A program made the translations under genes and the position numbers. 64,000 nucleotides of DNA. Origin: Bdellovibrionales bacterium (GTDB taxonomy: Bacteria; Bdellovibrionota; Bdellovibrionia; Bdellovibrionales; CAYMLA01). This document shows positions 1 to 10,120 of the stretch, piece by piece (the stretch's first letter is position 1; every line of letters starts with the position of its first letter). The stretch is taken from assembly GCA_965217115.1 (NCBI GenBank), contig OZ244239.1, positions 1,088,001 to 1,152,000 of the forward strand, in the 5' to 3' direction. The notes beneath the pieces are model-generated. The model worked only from the letters and a program-made list of their open reading frames with translations. It did not search any database and was not told the origin of the DNA.

Positions 1-1449
1 AAGGACACGTCCTATCCCCACAAAAAAGAAAAATAAACCAAAACCCAGAAGCAATAAAATCCAACTCAAAAACACAGCCATATCCAATCTATAATGGAAT
101 ATTAAATTTTTCATCACAAGGGCCAGCGTGTAATCACCATCGGCAACAATATTAGACAAAGCAAAATCACCACTGGCCCAAAAAGCCCCAAATCCAGCAA
201 GGAAACAAGCTGCGGGAGCCAATTGAGGTATCATCAAATCATTTAAAATCAAATACCAAGATGCCCCCAAAGTTCTCGCCACCTGAACCTGCCCTCGAAC
301 TCCTGCGACAACCGACTCCCAGTACAGGCGATACAGTGTCGGTAACAAAACCATACACAATCCTAAAATCATTTTTAAAAAATGCACCCCAACTCCATCT
401 CCTGGCATTAGCAACAACGCAAAGCCCGTTAAAACAGAACTCGGAGCAATAAATCCTCGCATAAAGATTTCTAAAAAACGACTCGGACAAACCAATGCCA
501 CAGCAAAGAATAGGCCCAGCAAAGAAAAACCCGTGCCAAGCCCCATCACAATCGAACCCAACGCTCCTTTAAAAACTGCTTGCCTTATAGCTAATTGATC
601 CAGAAATTGACCTAAACCATCAAAAAAACCTGGAAACAAACCAAAAATAATTAAAAATGTCAGCCCGTAGGGCAAAAGCCAACTCCATTTACTTTCAATA
701 ACTCTTAACTGTGTTTGTCGACGCCTATGGCTCTTAACTGACAGACCTGCTCCAAAAGATATTAAAACCATAAACGCTGTCTGTATCACCGATAAACCCA
801 TTGCCCCCGCCCAATCACTGCTGATACGTATTTTCTCATAAATCAAAACTTCAAGGGTCACCCCTTTTTCCCCTCCAACAATCAAAGGCACAGCAAAACT
901 AGAAAAACACACCGAAAAAACAAAAAAGAAAATCAAAAAAATATCTCGACTTAAATACCCTCTGACTCCTTGCCATAAAAATTGCCAACGATTCGCCCCC
1001 TCAATCCAAGCTAATTCAGCCATTCCTCCCAAACTCTGATCAAGTAATCTTGCTATCATAACCGATACAAGTCCGACATTAACCACACTATGAATAATAA
1101 CAATGCCCCAAACACCAAATGGGAAATTAGATATAATATTTAATAAACTCAACAAAACAAACAAGACAGGAAGCACCGTCGGTAACAAAGCCAGAGGCTC
1201 TATCCAGTGACTTCTCTGTGGAAACTTTCTACGCAAATAAAGAAGTCCCAATGCACCGTAAAAACCGAAAACCAAAGACAAGAATGCACTCAAAAAAGAC
1301 TGTAATAATGTATTCTTAAAAACCCACAAAAATTCTTGATGAGCAGGCAAAGATATTTTACCAAAATGGAAAAACAATAGTATGTAGGGTCCTAATAAGA
1401 ACAAAACAATTGCAACCTTTAAATAGCCTCGCGTTTTCTCCATAACCAT
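1..1449 (-). CDS. thiP: ABC transporter permease, ThiP/FbpB-type (3' end runs off window)
   Basis: Not in ORF track; my translation from ATG 1449 (MVMEKTRGYLKVAIVLFLL...) stays open to base 1; many TM helices, two EAA-like loops (ELAWIEGANRWQ, VARTLGASWY), FSSFAVPLIVGG; directly downstream of thiB-like gene. Confidence 0.8.
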   Translation of the reverse strand, partial: MVMEKTRGYLKVAIVLFLLGPYILLFFHFGKISLPAHQEFLWVFKNTLLQSFLSAFLSLVFGFYGALGLLYLRRKFPQRSHWIEPLALLPTVLPVLFVLLSLLNIISNFPFGVWGIVIIHSVVNVGLVSVMIARLLDQSLGGMAELAWIEGANRWQFLWQGVRGYLSRDIFLIFFFVFSVCFSSFAVPLIVGGEKGVTLEVLIYEKIRISSDWAGAMGLSVIQTAFMVLISFGAGLSVKSHRRRQTQLRVIESKWSWLLPYGLTFLIIFGLFPGFFDGLGQFLDQLAIRQAVFKGALGSIVMGLGTGFSLLGLFFAVALVCPSRFLEIFMRGFIAPSSVLTGFALLLMPGDGVGVHFLKMILGLCMVLLPTLYRLYWESVVAGVRGQVQVARTLGASWYLILNDLMIPQLAPAACFLAGFGAFWASGDFALSNIVADGDYTLALVMKNLIFHYRLDMAVFLSWILLLLGFGLFFFFVGIGRVL

Positions 1450-1451
1450 TC

Positions 1452-2522
1452 CTATTTCTGTTTTCGACGACTGTTTACCCATTTTTTTATCAATTCTTTC
1501 TTTCTCAACAGAAATCTATCTATCTTCTGCTTCTCAATTAATTTTACATTAGGAAGCTCATCAAACAAGGTCCCCCTCCTAACCCCGTCAATCACGGGAA
1601 ACATAAAATTTCTCTCCATTATGATTTTTTGAGCCTCTTGTGTCAGGAGATAGCGAATAAAACTTTGAGATAACTCGAGGTTTTTCGTTTCCCTAGAAAT
1701 AGCAGCATATTCCAGTTGCACAATATGCCCTTCTTTAAATACAATAGGGTGGTAATCCCTTCTATTGTCTTCCTTCCAGTGATAAATCGGTGATGTAAAA
1801 TAAGATAAAACCGTTTTCAAGTTTCCTTTTTGAAAAAGTCCATAGGATTTTCCCCAAGATGGAGACACAGAGTGAATATTATGGAATAATTTTTTTAAAT
1901 AGAAAAAACCCTCATTTTCCCCCTTCGTTGCCATCACCCAAAATAAAAATTGCAACCCTACAGTGCTCGTTCGTGGGTCTTGAAGACCTATCCCTCTCTC
2001 AAGGCCCTCAGCCAATAAACCCTCAAATCCATCTATCATTGACAAGTTATCTCTCTGTCTGGCTATAAAAGACAAAGGCGCCCAATCAATTGGAACAAAT
2101 CGTCCCTCTTCCACAGGAGTGGAGGTGAAATTCAGAAAATCTTTATCCCATTCTATTTTTTTTAATTTTATTTTTTCCCAATTTAATTTTTCTTGAGCCT
2201 CGCTCAATAATAATTGATCTAACCCTAGAACCACATCTACCTTTTTCTGAGAAGAATCTAACTTAACTCTCTCAACTAATAAACCTGCCTCTCCCACGTT
2301 AACAAAAATCACCTTAACATTAAAACGCTTCTCAAATTTCTTTGCCAATTCCGCACCTGGCCCCCAAGAACTGGCAAAAGATGAATAAGTATAAACTCTA
2401 ATCATTTTTTTGGTACTTCCATGTCCCCAAAAAAAAGAAAATAGTGAATAACTTAAAATTGTGAAAAGAAATCCCACACTAAGGACCAAGACTAAACGCA
2501 TAGGGATATCAGCCTTCAGCAT
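1452..2522 (-). CDS. thiB: Thiamine ABC transporter substrate-binding protein
   Basis: VYTYSSFASSWGPG N-terminal motif, DPRTSTVGLQFL, SWGKSYGLF, SYFTSPIYH typical of ThiB/TbpA. Confidence 0.85.
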   Translation of the reverse strand: MLKADIPMRLVLVLSVGFLFTILSYSLFSFFWGHGSTKKMIRVYTYSSFASSWGPGAELAKKFEKRFNVKVIFVNVGEAGLLVERVKLDSSQKKVDVVLGLDQLLLSEAQEKLNWEKIKLKKIEWDKDFLNFTSTPVEEGRFVPIDWAPLSFIARQRDNLSMIDGFEGLLAEGLERGIGLQDPRTSTVGLQFLFWVMATKGENEGFFYLKKLFHNIHSVSPSWGKSYGLFQKGNLKTVLSYFTSPIYHWKEDNRRDYHPIVFKEGHIVQLEYAAISRETKNLELSQSFIRYLLTQEAQKIIMERNFMFPVIDGVRRGTLFDELPNVKLIEKQKIDRFLLRKKELIKKWVNSRRKQK

Positions 2523-2534
2523 TGCTAGTAATTA

Positions 2535-3017
2535 TCACCACCAAATACCACGACGCCTTTTAAAAAAGAAATAATCAATTCCTAAGCAGCGTCCAGCCCC
2601 TAACCAAGCCATTGTAAAGTTAATAGCTAAGAATGTTTTGTACAGATCTTGTTGCTCTGGACCACTCAAGAAAATATAGTTCAGACATAAAAACACAGCC
2701 CATATCGCAAAAGGCCGCACCAAATAACCAATAATAAAAGACACCCCTATCAAAAACTCCAGAGACGTCACTGCATAAGAAAATATTTGCCAATTAGAGA
2801 CTAAATGGTTCTCCAGAAATTCTTTGTACCAAATAGGCGCTCTACTATTCGGCAACCACTGGCTAATTTTATAGGAAGCTGCTGAATTAAGAAGATAATC
2901 ACCTTGATATTTTGCCATGGCTTCATTGAGATAATAATACCCCATATAAACCCTTAAAAATGACAGAGGCAGTAGATGTCCAACATATTTTATACTTTCA
3001 AAAAAAGCTACAATCAT
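2535..3017 (-). CDS. DoxX/TQO-like membrane protein
   Basis: LRVYMG..., EFLIGVSFIIG, GAGRCLGID C-terminal DoxX pattern. Confidence 0.75.
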   Translation of the reverse strand: MIVAFFESIKYVGHLLPLSFLRVYMGYYYLNEAMAKYQGDYLLNSAASYKISQWLPNSRAPIWYKEFLENHLVSNWQIFSYAVTSLEFLIGVSFIIGYLVRPFAIWAVFLCLNYIFLSGPEQQDLYKTFLAINFTMAWLGAGRCLGIDYFFFKRRRGIWW

Positions 3018-3067
3018 AGTAAGTGCATTCTCTCTTACCTAATAAAATACGTCAATACCTACATCAA

Positions 3068-3298
3068 TTAACCGTCATCACCGATAGCTTCGACAGGGCA
3101 GCCTTCGATGGCCTCAACGACCCCCTCTTCCTCCTCCTCAGACTCAGGCTGTTTGGACACATAGGCATGTCCTTCGTCTTCATCCATGAAAAAATTATTT
3201 GGAGCTGCTAAAACGCAAGCGTCACAGGAAATACAGGCTTCATCGACATATATTTTTCCAGGAACATTTCTTTCCCACTTATTTTCCTTATCTGCCAT
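3068..3298 (-). CDS. Ferredoxin (single 4Fe-4S/3Fe-4S type)
   Basis: CISCDAC...CPVEAI motif, acidic 76 aa. Confidence 0.9.
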   Translation of the reverse strand: MADKENKWERNVPGKIYVDEACISCDACVLAAPNNFFMDEDEGHAYVSKQPESEEEEEGVVEAIEGCPVEAIGDDG

Positions 3299-3548
3299 GC
3301 AGTGGATATATTGAATTTTTTCTCTATATGCAAGCTTTAGCTAAGGTCTCTCAACATAATTATTTAACCGTATTTTTAAAAAATATTTTCTCAATGCTTT
3401 TATAGAATTCTCGACATCACGCAATACCTGATTGTTACAAACTCTGGTTTTTTAGAAAATCTGTACTTTCAGTTGGCCACAATTCAAAAAAGTCACTATA
3501 ATTATAAAAAGCAATCTATTCAGGGCCTGCCGTCTAGAAGGAGATATT

Positions 3549-4199
3549 ATGAAGAAAATTGCCGTTATTCTCTCTGGTTGCGGTTTTCTCGATGGCACAG
3601 AAATCACAGAAGCTGTCAGCACCATTGTCTGTCTCTCTGAACAAGGTGTCTCTTACGATTGTTTTGCCCCTAATCAAGACTTCCCCACAACCAATCACCT
3701 TAATTCCGAAGCCAGAACCGAAAAAAGAAATGCCCTCACCGAAGCAGCCCGTATTTGCAGGGGGCAAATACAACCCCTTAACAAGCTCAATGCTAACGAC
3801 TTTGACGGCCTTGTTCTTCCAGGTGGATTTGGGGCTGCTCTAAATCTCTCGACATGGGGGAGGGAGGGCCATAAATGCTCTGTTTTGCCCGACATGGAAA
3901 AAGCTCTTATCGATTTTCACAAACAGAGCAAACCCATTGGCGCTATATGTATTTCTCCCACGCTCATAGCAAGAGTTCTTGGAAAAAAATCTCCCTGTAT
4001 CACCATAGGCGAAGATTCTGCCACAGCCAGTGAGATTGAAAAAACAGGGGCCCATCACGAAACTTGCCCTGTCACTGACTACATCACTGATCGAGAAACT
4101 AAGGTTATCACCACTCCTGCTTATATGTACGAAGCTCTTCCCCATGAAGTGTTTTTAGGAATCCGTGGTCTTATTAAAGAACTTTGCGAAATGGCATAG
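3549..4199 (+). CDS. elbB: ElbB glyoxalase (DJ-1/PfpI, ES1 family)
   Basis: LSGCGFLDGTEITE, PGGFGAALNLS, AICISP, TTPAYM; RBS AAGGAG. Confidence 0.9.
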   Translation: MKKIAVILSGCGFLDGTEITEAVSTIVCLSEQGVSYDCFAPNQDFPTTNHLNSEARTEKRNALTEAARICRGQIQPLNKLNANDFDGLVLPGGFGAALNLSTWGREGHKCSVLPDMEKALIDFHKQSKPIGAICISPTLIARVLGKKSPCITIGEDSATASEIEKTGAHHETCPVTDYITDRETKVITTPAYMYEALPHEVFLGIRGLIKELCEMA

Positions 4200-4207
4200 G
4201 AGTTTCA

Positions 4208-5293
4208 TTGGACACTTACACAAAAAAAACTGTCGCTATTATTTTTGGTGGGCAATCTGCCGAACATGAAATTTCTGTGCGTTCGGCCGGGAATATTCTT
4301 GAAGCTATGGATACTGATCTTTTCACCCCCATTCCCATAGGGATCTGTCAAAATGGTCAATGGTGCTATTTCTCCTCTATAAATGATCTTAAGGGTGTCT
4401 CTTCTTTAAAAGAAAAACCTCCAGGCACCGAAAGTGTCACGCTCTCTCCAGGTCACGAAAATAATCTTTTTTTCCTCGATTCATCCAAGAAAATAAAAAT
4501 CGATGTTGCCTTTCCCGTTCTTCACGGCCCGATGGGAGAAGATGGCTCTATTCAAGGACTTTTTCGTATCTGCAATATCCCCTTTGTCGGCTGTGATACG
4601 CTGGGTTCAGCCATTGGCATGGACAAAGACATCATGAAAAGACTCTTTAAAGAGAGTGACCTTCCCATGGGGGCCTATAAGGTTCTATACAAAAATGAAT
4701 CTCGCTTATCCTACGAAGACTTAGTTATAGAAATAGGTAGCCCCTTTTTTATCAAACCAGCCAATATGGGGTCCTCTCTTGGAGTTCACAAAATTTATAC
4801 TAAGAAGGAGTTTGAAGAAAAACTTTTAGACGCTTTCTCATTTGACCACAAAGTTATTGCCGAGCAGTACATATCTGGACGAGAGCTTGAGTGCGCTGTT
4901 CTAGGCAATTCCTTCAGCTTGAACCCTCCTCGCACGAGTGGTGTTGGTGAAATCATATCACAACATGACTTCTATTCTTATGAAGCCAAGTACCTTGATG
5001 ACAATGGCGCTGTCTTATCCATTCCCGCTCAATTAGAGAATGAGCTTGCAGAAAAAATTCAGACGATATCCCTGCAGGCCTTTAAGTGCTTAGAGCTTTC
5101 AGGACTTTCAAGGGTTGATTTTTTTCTGGACAACACTGATCAGATTTATATCAATGAGATCAATACAATGCCCGGTTTCACCAACATCAGCATGTACCCC
5201 AAACTATGGGAGCAAAAAGGTCTTTCATACAATCAATTGATCACCACGCTTTTGAATTTAGCGATGGAACAGTATCGGATTTGGGCAAGATAG
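4208..5293 (+). CDS. ddl: D-alanine--D-alanine ligase
   Basis: GGQSAEHEIS, FPVLHGPMGEDG, KPANMGSS, YSYEAKY, NEINTMPGFT; TTG start at 4208 after AGGAG preferred over 4184. Confidence 0.95.
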   Translation: MDTYTKKTVAIIFGGQSAEHEISVRSAGNILEAMDTDLFTPIPIGICQNGQWCYFSSINDLKGVSSLKEKPPGTESVTLSPGHENNLFFLDSSKKIKIDVAFPVLHGPMGEDGSIQGLFRICNIPFVGCDTLGSAIGMDKDIMKRLFKESDLPMGAYKVLYKNESRLSYEDLVIEIGSPFFIKPANMGSSLGVHKIYTKKEFEEKLLDAFSFDHKVIAEQYISGRELECAVLGNSFSLNPPRTSGVGEIISQHDFYSYEAKYLDDNGAVLSIPAQLENELAEKIQTISLQAFKCLELSGLSRVDFFLDNTDQIYINEINTMPGFTNISMYPKLWEQKGLSYNQLITTLLNLAMEQYRIWAR

Positions 5294-5330
5294 GTCGTTT
5301 TTTACTTGAACTCGCCATAACACGATCAAA

Positions 5331-6218
5331 TCAAGCTAGTTTCAGGGCTTGTCCGCCCACTTCGGCAATCACTACTGTCATGTCAGCAGGAAAATTTTCT
5401 GCTCCAACAAACTTTTCAATTTGATAATAAATTTCATTGCGTAAGCTATGGGGGGATTTATTCTTACTTTGCAAAATGGCTTGATATAATCTTTGCGAGC
5501 CAAAACTCTTCCCCTCCATATTGCAAACATTTAAAATACCTGGAGAACAAAAAATCAAAATATCTTTCTCACACAAGGAGATTGTCTGTCTTAAAATACT
5601 TCCACTAAAGGAGGGGCTAAAAACCTGTTGTTCTTGACCTATTTTTTCCAACTCTTCTTTTTGATGTCGCCAAATAAGAGCCTGAACTCCCCCCAACATA
5701 CTAAAGTGTAATTCAAATCGACGACGATCAATTAAACCATAAAAAAGATGTACCTCTTGGCCTTCAGATATATTTTGAGCCATATCCTCTAAAATAATCT
5801 TCAAAGCTTGTTCTGGAGGCATGGCGTGAAAACCTTTTTCAATGGAAAATTTAAAAAATGCTGATAAAAAGTGAGCCGAAGCCGAGTAACCATTGCTTGA
5901 TGACACCACGATACCAAATTGAAATTTGTCGTCTGTTTCAAAAATATCAATGTAGTCTCCTCCCACCTGTGTGCCAGGAAGATACTTAGAGCTAAATTCA
6001 AAGCTAGGTATATTCGGAAACCTCGTGGGCACAAGCCACTTTTGCATCTGAGCAACTAAGTCTAACTCTTTACCCACACGTCGAATCAATTTTTCCAAAA
6101 CGCCATTAGCTTTTACTAACTCATTTTTATAACGACCAAGAGTGTGCTCTCTCTCTTTAAGCTCACTTTCTAGCCTTTTTACTTTATCTCTAAGTATCTC
6201 TATTTCGCTCTCATTCAC
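5331..6218 (-). CDS. SpoIIE/PP2C-like phosphatase-fold protein with N-terminal coiled coil (degenerate active site)
   Basis: ELDLVAQMQKWLVP, VGGDYIDIF, ADMTVV; GTG start at 6218 after AGGA (track start 6269). Confidence 0.75.
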   Translation of the reverse strand: MNESEIEILRDKVKRLESELKEREHTLGRYKNELVKANGVLEKLIRRVGKELDLVAQMQKWLVPTRFPNIPSFEFSSKYLPGTQVGGDYIDIFETDDKFQFGIVVSSSNGYSASAHFLSAFFKFSIEKGFHAMPPEQALKIILEDMAQNISEGQEVHLFYGLIDRRRFELHFSMLGGVQALIWRHQKEELEKIGQEQQVFSPSFSGSILRQTISLCEKDILIFCSPGILNVCNMEGKSFGSQRLYQAILQSKNKSPHSLRNEIYYQIEKFVGAENFPADMTVVIAEVGGQALKLA

Positions 6219-6374
6219 TGTCACATTCCTTAAATCACATAAGTATAACGCAAAACTCAAAAAACACACACCCCTAATAGCTTTATTTCAGACCTGAGTG
6301 TAATTAATCATTATATTACGCCAAGCTATCACTCACTCCTTGAAACACTAAATAGACAAAGATAAATATATAGC

Positions 6375-7205
6375 ATGTTGCTTTTAAACGACATTGAAAA
6401 ACGCTTTTGGCAAATTCTTGATCAACCAGACATTCGTCCCGAACTTGTCATAAAGAAGTTCATACAGCTCTCCCAACTTGTTGGCATCTCTTGTGATTCT
6501 GAGGAAGTTCTAAAAGAGCTAAAAGTTCTTTCCTACGACGCTGAGAAAAATCACATAATAGCAAATGAAGAAAATGTATTAAATATCTCTCGTTTCCTTT
6601 TCGAACAAAAAGGGTTTAAGTTAGACACCTCTGAAAATATTAGAGGACTCTTTATTGAAAAAACTCTCAAAGAAAAACAAGGACACCCCATTTGTATTGC
6701 TCTTATCTTTCAGCTCCTTTGTCACTGGCATAGAAGTCCTGTAAACATTGTTCAAATCGACTCCAAACTTCTTATTAGAACAACCCATAGCATAAGTGGA
6801 AAAAATCTCTATCTCGACTTATCAGATCCATATCATTATCTGAACGACAAAGATTTTCTCTCCCTACTTAGTCACCTACAAAGAGAAGGAGAACAAATAG
6901 AAAATTTAGATTTTTCTAAACTCTTTACTTTATCCCTAGATATTTTTGAACGCCACTTTGAAAACAAGAAACTTTTTAAACTTCTCTTATTAACATTGGA
7001 AATTAAAACTCAAATTAAACCTTCAGACATTACAAGTCTGAAAAAGAAAATTCGACTCAACCTAAGCTTCTCTAGAACCACAGAAGTACAGAAGGACCTT
7101 AAGAAACTCTCCTTTATCAGTGATTTTAAACAATGGCCCTTAGATTTACAAAAAATATATTTAAAGCTAGATCACTCAACGGCCACAGATCTTTCCCATC
7201 AATAG
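6375..7205 (+). CDS. SirB1/transglutaminase-like protein, divergent
   Basis: FLFEQKGF...LFIEKTLKEKQGHPICIALIF...YLDLSD pattern plus helical TPR-like tail. Confidence 0.55.
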   Translation: MLLLNDIEKRFWQILDQPDIRPELVIKKFIQLSQLVGISCDSEEVLKELKVLSYDAEKNHIIANEENVLNISRFLFEQKGFKLDTSENIRGLFIEKTLKEKQGHPICIALIFQLLCHWHRSPVNIVQIDSKLLIRTTHSISGKNLYLDLSDPYHYLNDKDFLSLLSHLQREGEQIENLDFSKLFTLSLDIFERHFENKKLFKLLLLTLEIKTQIKPSDITSLKKKIRLNLSFSRTTEVQKDLKKLSFISDFKQWPLDLQKIYLKLDHSTATDLSHQ

Positions 7206-7235
7206 ATATCTAGAAATGACCTGCTTTTTCTGCAA

Positions 7236-8501
7236 CTACCTTCTCCGTTCGTTCTCTCCAATGTAAATCTGACGAGGACGACCAATCTTCATACTTGGAG
7301 ATTCAAGAAGCTCTTTCCACTGGGCCATCCAGCCAGGCAAACGACCTAAAACAAACATCACAGTGAACATATTTGTTGGGATATTTAAAGCTCTATAAAT
7401 AATACCTGAATAGAAATCCACGTTAGGGTAAAGCCTTCGTTTAACAAAATAAGAATCCTTTAACACTTCTTCCTCTAGGCCTTTAGCAATTTCAAGCAGC
7501 GGGTCATTCACGCCCAGTTTTGTTAAAACAGTGTCGCAAGCTTTTTTAATAATTTTCGCCCGTGGATCAAAGTTCTTATAAACACGGTGACCAAAACCCA
7601 TCAAACGAAAGGGGTCATCCTTATCCTTAGATTTTTCTAAAAACTTCTTGTAATCACCACCATCTTTCTCAATACTCTCTAACATTTCAAGCACAGCCTG
7701 ATTAGCGCCACCATGCAACGGCCCCCATAAAGCATCAATCCCTGCTGAAATAGAAGCAAATAGATTCGCCTTAGAAGAGCCGACAACACGAACTGTCGAA
7801 GTTGAACAGTTCTGCTCATGATCCACATGCAAAATCAGAAGAATTTCTAAAGCTTTTGCGACCTCTGAGTCTACCTGACGCCCTTCTTGATAAAACATCC
7901 TGTTAATAAAATTCTCACAGTACCCCATAGAATTATCATATTTAATAAAAGGGCTTTCTTGATTCTTACGATAAAAATACGTGGCAATAGATATCAACTG
8001 CCCGAGCATAAGACTTATCACTTCATCTTTTTTCTCTGATGTAAGATCTTGATCTGTCAATTCAGGGTAAAATGCCGATAATGACACTGTGGCTGCTGAT
8101 AACACGGCCATGGGGTGAGTCTCTTTTGGAAATTGATCTATTATATTACAAATCCCCTTAGGCAATTCACTATAAGATTGAACTTTCTTCTCAAATTTTT
8201 TCAATTCTGCCGCTGTAGGAAACTCTCCATAAATAACCATATAACTTGTTTCTAGAAAATGAGATACCTCAGCCACTTGCTCAATAGGATATCCTCGATA
8301 ACGTAAAATTCCTTTTTCTCCATTGAGAAAAGTCACTTCCGATGAACAAGAGCCTGTGTTCACAAATCCATTATCTAAAGTGATTAAGCCCGTCTGCCCT
8401 CTTAATTTAGAGATGTCCAAAGCTCGTTCGCCCTCTGTGCCAACAACAACAGGTATTTCAACCGTATTATCACCTAAAGTTAGTTTTGCATTATCAGACA
8501 C
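7236..8501 (-). CDS. gltA: Citrate synthase
   Basis: LHVDHEQNCSTS, GPLHGGANQ, GFGHRVYKNFDPRA, PNVDFYSG; GTG at 8501 with AGGAG RBS (track start 8540). Confidence 0.97.
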   Translation of the reverse strand: MSDNAKLTLGDNTVEIPVVVGTEGERALDISKLRGQTGLITLDNGFVNTGSCSSEVTFLNGEKGILRYRGYPIEQVAEVSHFLETSYMVIYGEFPTAAELKKFEKKVQSYSELPKGICNIIDQFPKETHPMAVLSAATVSLSAFYPELTDQDLTSEKKDEVISLMLGQLISIATYFYRKNQESPFIKYDNSMGYCENFINRMFYQEGRQVDSEVAKALEILLILHVDHEQNCSTSTVRVVGSSKANLFASISAGIDALWGPLHGGANQAVLEMLESIEKDGGDYKKFLEKSKDKDDPFRLMGFGHRVYKNFDPRAKIIKKACDTVLTKLGVNDPLLEIAKGLEEEVLKDSYFVKRRLYPNVDFYSGIIYRALNIPTNMFTVMFVLGRLPGWMAQWKELLESPSMKIGRPRQIYIGENERRR

Positions 8502-8773
8502 TGTGATATCTCCTCTTTGGAAAAATTTTATAACACTCATTCAAAAATAACAGGACAGAACGATTTAATGATCAAAATCACTCTTTTGCCATCGGGGCAA
8601 AGACCTAAGGTCTTAGTTAGTAACCGATTTTTACAAAAACTAAAACTCCTTACATGGTGCTTCCAGAAAAGAAGATGACAAACAGACAAAAGTCTACCTG
8701 TCAGAACACAAATCACCTCTGTGATGCCCCTCGGAGATCAATCAGAAAACAAACAATGGGGGAATGTTTATTG

Positions 8774-10111
8774 TTAAATTTTGTTTATGCCTTCGCCGAC
8801 GATGGACTCAATCTCTGGGATCTCTTTAGGCAAAGCCTCAGTCATATTTTCAAAACCGTCTCTTGTAATGCGAATATTGTCTTCGATACGCACACCAATC
8901 CCTCGCAATTCCTTAGGGGCTGATTCATCATCGCCAGGAATATAAATTCCTGGCTCAACGGTAAAGCACACGTTTTCTTTAAAACAAACTGGAGCTCCTT
9001 CTGCTTCCACATACAGTCCAACATCATGGACATCCATTCCTAAATAATGCCCCGAATCATGTGGATAATATTTTCTATATGCTCCTGATTTTTTAATTTC
9101 TTCTTTTTTTCCTGAAAGTAATTTCAAATCCAACATCACATCAATGAGCATATCAACAGAAACTTCTTTAAGATGATTTATCGATTCCCCTGGCCGACAT
9201 AATTCAATGATTTTCTTCTGAACACTCAAAACCCCTTGATAGACCTCTTTCTGTGCAGAGGTGAATTTACCATTTACAGGAAAAGTGCGCGTGATATCTC
9301 CTGTGTAATACTGGTACTCGGCTCCTGCATCAATGAGGAGTAGGTCTCCGTTTAGACATTCCTGATCATTGAAGGTGTAATGTAATGTTGTTGCACTCTT
9401 GCCCGAAGCAACAATAGATGGATAGCCAGTCCTCTGTGACCCTTTCATCATCATGGTGTGAATTAAAACTGCCTCAACCTGGCGCTCGTTCACCCCGGGG
9501 CGACAAAAACTCATAGCGACCTTATGGGCCTCCACCGATATTTGACAGGCTTTCTTTTGAATTTTAATCTCGTCATCCGTCTTATACAAACGCATTTGAC
9601 CCAATTTCTCACTCGGATCTTCAATCAATAGAAGCCCACTACCACTGCGGCCAGAGATCTCCTTAATTTTTTGTAAAACATTTCTCACTCTCAAATCAAA
9701 AGAGTCATTCTTAAATAAAGAATAATAAATTTTTTGCACCCCTTTTAACAATCTAGGCATCTCTTTTTCAAAATCACTAATTGGATAAACGCAATCAATA
9801 GAAAAATTCTCACCCGTTCCCTCAACCCCATAGCGAAAGCCATCCCATGTTTCCCTCTGCCGATCTTTCTCACGCACAAACATGATCGTCTCTTTTTCAG
9901 CCCCAGGGAGAAGAACCAAAACAGATTCTGGCTCCTCAAATCCCGTTAAATAAAACAAATTAGAATCCTGTCTATAGGCGTGATACACATCGCTATTGCG
10001 AACACTCTCAATTTGGGCTGGAACAATCAACGCCCCATCAGAAAAACACTCCTTAGCCCTGAGTCTTCTCTCTTTACATAATTCAATTCTTTTTTTCTCT
10101 ATTTTTTCCAT
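8774..10111 (-). CDS. pepP: Xaa-Pro aminopeptidase (M24B)
   Basis: YRQDSNLFYLTG, LIDAGAEY, DITRTFP, GHYLGMDVHD, TVEPGIY, GVRIED. Confidence 0.95.
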   Translation of the reverse strand: MEKIEKKRIELCKERRLRAKECFSDGALIVPAQIESVRNSDVYHAYRQDSNLFYLTGFEEPESVLVLLPGAEKETIMFVREKDRQRETWDGFRYGVEGTGENFSIDCVYPISDFEKEMPRLLKGVQKIYYSLFKNDSFDLRVRNVLQKIKEISGRSGSGLLLIEDPSEKLGQMRLYKTDDEIKIQKKACQISVEAHKVAMSFCRPGVNERQVEAVLIHTMMMKGSQRTGYPSIVASGKSATTLHYTFNDQECLNGDLLLIDAGAEYQYYTGDITRTFPVNGKFTSAQKEVYQGVLSVQKKIIELCRPGESINHLKEVSVDMLIDVMLDLKLLSGKKEEIKKSGAYRKYYPHDSGHYLGMDVHDVGLYVEAEGAPVCFKENVCFTVEPGIYIPGDDESAPKELRGIGVRIEDNIRITRDGFENMTEALPKEIPEIESIVGEGINKI

Positions 10112-10120
10112 AAAACTTCC

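Noticed and set aside
239..490. Short track ORFs at 239-490 and 261-452, and the many 60-140 aa ORFs nested in large genes
   Set aside because: Off-frame or antisense to well-supported CDSs, with no motifs
4184..5293. Ddl as a Van-type resistance ligase
   Set aside because: Omega loop YSYEAKY is D-Ala-D-Ala type; no vanH/vanX neighbours
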